This document shows positions 60,331 through 64,000 of a stretch of DNA of 64,000 nt, piece after piece. A program made the position numbers and the translations under genes. Each line of letters starts with the position of its first letter. Position 1 is the first letter of the stretch. Below the pieces are notes generated by a model. The model saw nothing but the letters and a program-made list of their open reading frames with translations. It made no database searches and was not told where the DNA came from. The DNA is from an uncultured Aliarcobacter sp. (GTDB lineage: Bacteria > Campylobacterota > Campylobacteria > Campylobacterales > Arcobacteraceae): NCBI GenBank assembly GCA_963677435.1, contig OY781945.1, forward strand, positions 1,408,001 through 1,472,000, in the 5' to 3' direction.

Positions 60331-60930
60331 ATGGAAGTTCAAAGTAATATAAACAGTTTAAATGTGGCTTTAGATAAATATAAGCAAAATACAAATGTTA
60401 CAAATAAAAAGGACTCAGAAAAAACAAGTGAAAAATCACTTGAAGAGACAATGAATGAATCAGCTGTAAAAGTATCAGTATCTATGAATGCACAATATAT
60501 ACTTTTTGCTATGAATTCTTCATCTTTAAATAAAGATAATACATTAACTCAAGCTAGTTTATCAGCTAATGAAAAAGATGTGTTAGATTTTTTGAGTGGC
60601 AAAGAGACACAAAGTGGAATGAGTCTTAAAAATATAGGTTATGAAGGTAAACCAATAACTGAACTCACTCAAGATGAAGCAAAAGATTTAGTAAGTGAAG
60701 ATGGTTTTTTTGGAGTAACTCAAACTTCAGATAGGGTTTCTAATTTTGTATTTAGTTTTGCGAAAGACAATGTTGATCTTTTAGAAAAAGGTAGAGAAGG
60801 TATTGTTCAAGGTTTCGAAGATGCTAAAAAACTTTTTGGAGGAGAACTTCCAGAAATTTCATATAAAACTCAAGAAAGAACTTTATCTTTGATTGATGAA
60901 AAAATTAATAGTTTAAAAAAAGAGTCTTAG
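60331..60930 (+). CDS. Conserved hypothetical protein
   Basis: Strong AAGGAG ribosome-binding site; C-terminal LVSEDGFFGV.QTSDR...GF..A...FGGELPEISYKT pattern. Confidence 0.7.
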   Translation: MEVQSNINSLNVALDKYKQNTNVTNKKDSEKTSEKSLEETMNESAVKVSVSMNAQYILFAMNSSSLNKDNTLTQASLSANEKDVLDFLSGKETQSGMSLKNIGYEGKPITELTQDEAKDLVSEDGFFGVTQTSDRVSNFVFSFAKDNVDLLEKGREGIVQGFEDAKKLFGGELPEISYKTQERTLSLIDEKINSLKKES

Positions 60931-60943
60931 TACTCTTTTTTTA
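60914..60943. terminator. Bidirectional terminator
   Basis: TAAAAAAAGAGT-CTTAGT-ACTCTTTTTTTA between convergent genes. Confidence 0.7.
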
Positions 60944-62167
60944 TTGTTTTTTTGCATTAAATTCTGAATTTATTTCAACAGTATCAGATGATTTAAAATT
61001 AATATTTCCATCCATGTAAGTTGCTGTATCTCCATATAATTTTGCAGAACCAGTATCTCCATGGGTTTCTCCTCTTGGATAAAGAGATAAATTTCCAGAA
61101 TTACCATGCATCTCTCCTTCAAATGTAAGAACTCTACTTGTTCCATTTCCTACATCACTAATATTTACTTTTCCATTTGAGATTTGATTATTTGATTTTG
61201 CAAAATCAATGTCCATAGATATTCTTGTATCACTAGGAATTGCAACTGTTTGATTTGAACTATTAACCATATAATTAGATGAAGATAATTCAGTTGGGAA
61301 CTTTCCTATGTAGCTAGCTGTTGAATTATTGTCATGAAAAAAACTTGCTGGTGTTCTATTTATAAAATTATTACTATCATCTAAACCACTTAAATTGTCA
61401 GTCGAAGAATTGTCAGTCGAAGAATTGCTTGTTGTAGGAATATTAATTACAGTTTCTTTATTTTCAATTGATGCTAATGTTTTATTTGTTGGAGTAGGAA
61501 TATTTTGATCTTTTGTTATATCTGTTGTTTCAGTTGGAAGGGAGATATTATCTATTGCTAGATTCTCTTTAATCGCTATATTTTTATTTATTTCTTGAAT
61601 ATCATTTGGTTTGATTTTTTGTATATTTAATTTTTCTGTACTATTTTCTTTAAAAGAGAGAAATTCCCCTTTATTTACAATAACAGTATCTTTTGTAATA
61701 TTATTTTTTACCTCAATTTGTCCTTCGGTACAAAATATCTTTTCATTATTATCTTCAACAACTGTTATGATTTGAGTTCCTCTTATTCCGATTGAAGCAG
61801 TTTTAGTTTTTAATTTAAAATTTTCTGGAACAATTTTTCCTATTTTTCCAGTTATTGTTCTAAAAATACCTTTTGCCATTGAAAATTCAGCTTTTGTATT
61901 TTTTTCTTCAAATAAATATTCATTTATTTTCAAAGTAGAATTTTGTCCAACAGAAATAATAGTATCATCTAAAAAGAGAATTTGTAATTTAGTATTATCT
62001 TTTGTATTTAATGTATCATTTTTTTCGAAAACAGAGTCTTTATTCACTTGGATAGTTTTATCTTCTCTTAAAATAGTGGCTTCTCCATTTAAAGCTACAA
62101 TTTTTCCTATATTATTTGCTAGTAATAAATTACTAATAAATAATAAAATTAAGATAATTTTTTTCAT
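60941..62167 (-). CDS. Exported FecR-domain protein with Ser/Thr/Asn linker and TbpB-like C-terminal barrel
   Basis: Signal peptide; FecR motifs F.DDTII.VGQNS and KTKTASIGIRGT; C-terminus ...KLYGDTATYMDG...EFNAKKQ. Confidence 0.75.
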   Translation of the reverse strand: MKKIILILLFISNLLLANNIGKIVALNGEATILREDKTIQVNKDSVFEKNDTLNTKDNTKLQILFLDDTIISVGQNSTLKINEYLFEEKNTKAEFSMAKGIFRTITGKIGKIVPENFKLKTKTASIGIRGTQIITVVEDNNEKIFCTEGQIEVKNNITKDTVIVNKGEFLSFKENSTEKLNIQKIKPNDIQEINKNIAIKENLAIDNISLPTETTDITKDQNIPTPTNKTLASIENKETVINIPTTSNSSTDNSSTDNLSGLDDSNNFINRTPASFFHDNNSTASYIGKFPTELSSSNYMVNSSNQTVAIPSDTRISMDIDFAKSNNQISNGKVNISDVGNGTSRVLTFEGEMHGNSGNLSLYPRGETHGDTGSAKLYGDTATYMDGNINFKSSDTVEINSEFNAKKQ

Positions 62168-62177
62168 CTCAAATCCT

Positions 62178-63512
62178 TTACCAATTAAATGTTTTTATAT
62201 AACTAATTTTGCCATCAACTTCTTTGTAAATATATCCATCTTGATTTGAATAATTTTTTGTATATGATGATGATATTACAATTTGATTCTCTTTGTCTAT
62301 TTTACTTAAATAAGACAATCCCAGATAATAATTATCATCTATTCTTTTTGAATCAAAAAAAGTATTTTCATATTTATAATAACTTTTTATATATTCCGAA
62401 TCAAGTTTAATTGAATTTTTCTTATTTATTTCATAGATATATTCTAGTCCTGCTGTAAGACTATTTTTATCTAAATCAACTCTTGAAGAATTAACTCTTA
62501 TACTTTTTGCTAATTTAGAATAGATATTAAGATTTGACAATAATTTATATTTTAATAAAAGTTCATATTTGTCAAAATCTTTTTCTTTGTCAGATTCATG
62601 TAAATATGAAAATCTTTGATAATTAAGTGAAGCATAATATAATGAATTCATAATTGAAGGACCAATATTAAATATATTAAAATCTGTATTATCTTTTTTA
62701 TCTAATCTTGTAAAACCAAAATTTAAAGAATAAAGATTTTTTTTATCTGAATCCAAATAAGATAATGAAGGTTTATAAACATAAGCTGTTAAATCTTCTT
62801 TATCATCATTAAAATAATTTTTATTATAAACTAGAATAGAGTTCTTTAATCCAAAAGATGAGTTCTTGAAATTATTTAAAAAATTAATTCCTATCATTTC
62901 ATTATGATAATTATCAGCTATAGGTTTTTCACCACTTACTAAAATATCATTTAAACCAGGAAGTCTATATTCTGGCGATATTAAACCAGTATTGATATTT
63001 GTACTTCTTCCTACACCTAGTAATATATTTGCATTTACAAAAAAAGTTTTTTCATTTAATAAATCTAAATATTTAGTTATAGATTCTTTTACATCATCTT
63101 TTATATTTGATTTGATTAAAATCATAAACTCTTTTTTTGCTTCATCTTTTAAGTTTAATTTATAAAGTAATTTTGCATACTCATATCTTGCTTGATTAAA
63201 TTCTGGTTTTTGTATTAATATTCTCTCAAAAGCAGCTGTTGCTTCATCATATTTATTAATTTCAATAGCACTTAATGCTAAAAAATAATTTATATTTGTA
63301 TTATATGGATTTTTTTGAAATAGTTTAAAAAATTTATTATATGCTTTTTCATAATCTTGTATTTTATACATAATTGAAGCTGTAATATACTCATTTGAAT
63401 CTTCTACAACTTGGGAATATCCACCTTTTTCTATTTGGTTTTTTGAAACTATTTCATTATCAGCTTCTAAAAGAATAACTGACGAAAGTAACATAGCAGT
63501 TTTTAAATACAT
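62178..63512 (-). CDS. TPR + outer-membrane beta-barrel protein (Slam/type 11 secretion-like)
   Basis: Likely ATG at 63512 with AGGAA RBS; TPRs (YDEATAAFERIL, ARYEYAKLLY); STNIN motif; Tyr-rich alternating strands; terminal aromatic (TFNW). Confidence 0.7.
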   Translation of the reverse strand: MYLKTAMLLSSVILLEADNEIVSKNQIEKGGYSQVVEDSNEYITASIMYKIQDYEKAYNKFFKLFQKNPYNTNINYFLALSAIEINKYDEATAAFERILIQKPEFNQARYEYAKLLYKLNLKDEAKKEFMILIKSNIKDDVKESITKYLDLLNEKTFFVNANILLGVGRSTNINTGLISPEYRLPGLNDILVSGEKPIADNYHNEMIGINFLNNFKNSSFGLKNSILVYNKNYFNDDKEDLTAYVYKPSLSYLDSDKKNLYSLNFGFTRLDKKDNTDFNIFNIGPSIMNSLYYASLNYQRFSYLHESDKEKDFDKYELLLKYKLLSNLNIYSKLAKSIRVNSSRVDLDKNSLTAGLEYIYEINKKNSIKLDSEYIKSYYKYENTFFDSKRIDDNYYLGLSYLSKIDKENQIVISSSYTKNYSNQDGYIYKEVDGKISYIKTFNW

Positions 63513-63522
63513 CAATTTCCTA

Positions 63523-64000
63523 TCATTTAAATGTATGTTTAAATAAAATATTAAAGTTATTATTTTTAATGAATAGTTCACATCTTTTTATATAAATATC
63601 ATATATTTTTCTATTTTTATAATTAGTTTTTAATTCATTAAATATTTTTAAAGCATCTTTTAATTGTTCAGCTTCATATAATTTAATAGCATTCTCATAT
63701 TTTTCTAATTCAGTTTTATCATCTTGATACTCTTTTTCTAAACCTACAACTTCCCAAAGTTTTATAGGTTCTTCTTTTCCTTTTACTTGTACAAAATCTA
63801 GGTATCTAAAAATATATTTTTCTTTTAGTTTATCTTTTGTATTTTGAGAAATAATTAATCTAGATTCATAGAATTTACATAAAGATTCAAGTCTTGAACA
63901 TAGATTAATGGTATCTCCAATCACAGTATAATCATTTCTTCCTATACTTCCTATCTCCCCAACTGTTGCAATACCTGTTGTAATTCCAATTCCTATATTT
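63523..64000 (-). CDS. Class III adenylate/guanylate cyclase, C-terminal part (5' end outside window)
   Basis: [36 protein letters not shown] and VKGK motifs, then a TPR-like tail. Confidence 0.9.
   Translation of the reverse strand, partial: NIGIGITTGIATVGEIGSIGRNDYTVIGDTINLCSRLESLCKFYESRLIISQNTKDKLKEKYIFRYLDFVQVKGKEEPIKLWEVVGLEKEYQDDKTELEKYENAIKLYEAEQLKDALKIFNELKTNYKNRKIYDIYIKRCELFIKNNNFNILFKHTFK

Noticed and set aside
61393..61427. 15-bp tandem duplication (NSSTD x2)
   Set aside because: Ordinary in-frame low-complexity linker expansion.
1..64000. CRISPR array, tRNA/rRNA, IS element or prophage
   Set aside because: No repeat-spacer periodicity, structural RNA signature, or transposase/integrase/phage structural motif was recognised.

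Overview
Very AT-rich chromosomal window. The gene set and order (ftsY, ygfA-rny-rsmD, tsdA, TIGR02757-like) suggest an Arcobacter-like member of Campylobacterota (inference). Layout: (1) 3' end of a large repetitive autotransporter, followed by a parvulin-like chaperone and a lipoprotein hydrolase (1-5.6 kb). (2) Core housekeeping genes (5.7-15.8 kb). (3) An accessory block (about 15.8-51.1 kb). It holds an orphan ORF, a small hydrophobic ORF behind two hairpins, and a four-gene SMC + Toprim-nuclease (Wadjet/JetABCD, MksBEFG-like) operon whose second gene is split by a 1-nt frameshift. It also holds a ~27-kb surface-polysaccharide locus: CysC, two sulfotransferases, partial dTDP-rhamnose and GDP-fucose pathways, a mosaic nonulosonic-acid pathway, an amino-sugar/methyltransferase cassette, a 2OG-Fe(II) oxygenase and a Wzy-GT4 fusion. 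(4) tsdA with a Cache-like protein and two-component system, a GGDEF protein, YqeY, an ABC-F protein and a GDSL hydrolase. (5) At the right end, a class III nucleotide cyclase, a TPR/beta-barrel (Slam-like) protein and a FecR-domain protein with a TbpB-like C-terminal barrel, which may form an undescribed trans-envelope signalling/secretion module. I recognised no rRNA, tRNA, CRISPR array, integrase or transposase. All family calls come from reading motifs by eye; no database searches were run.
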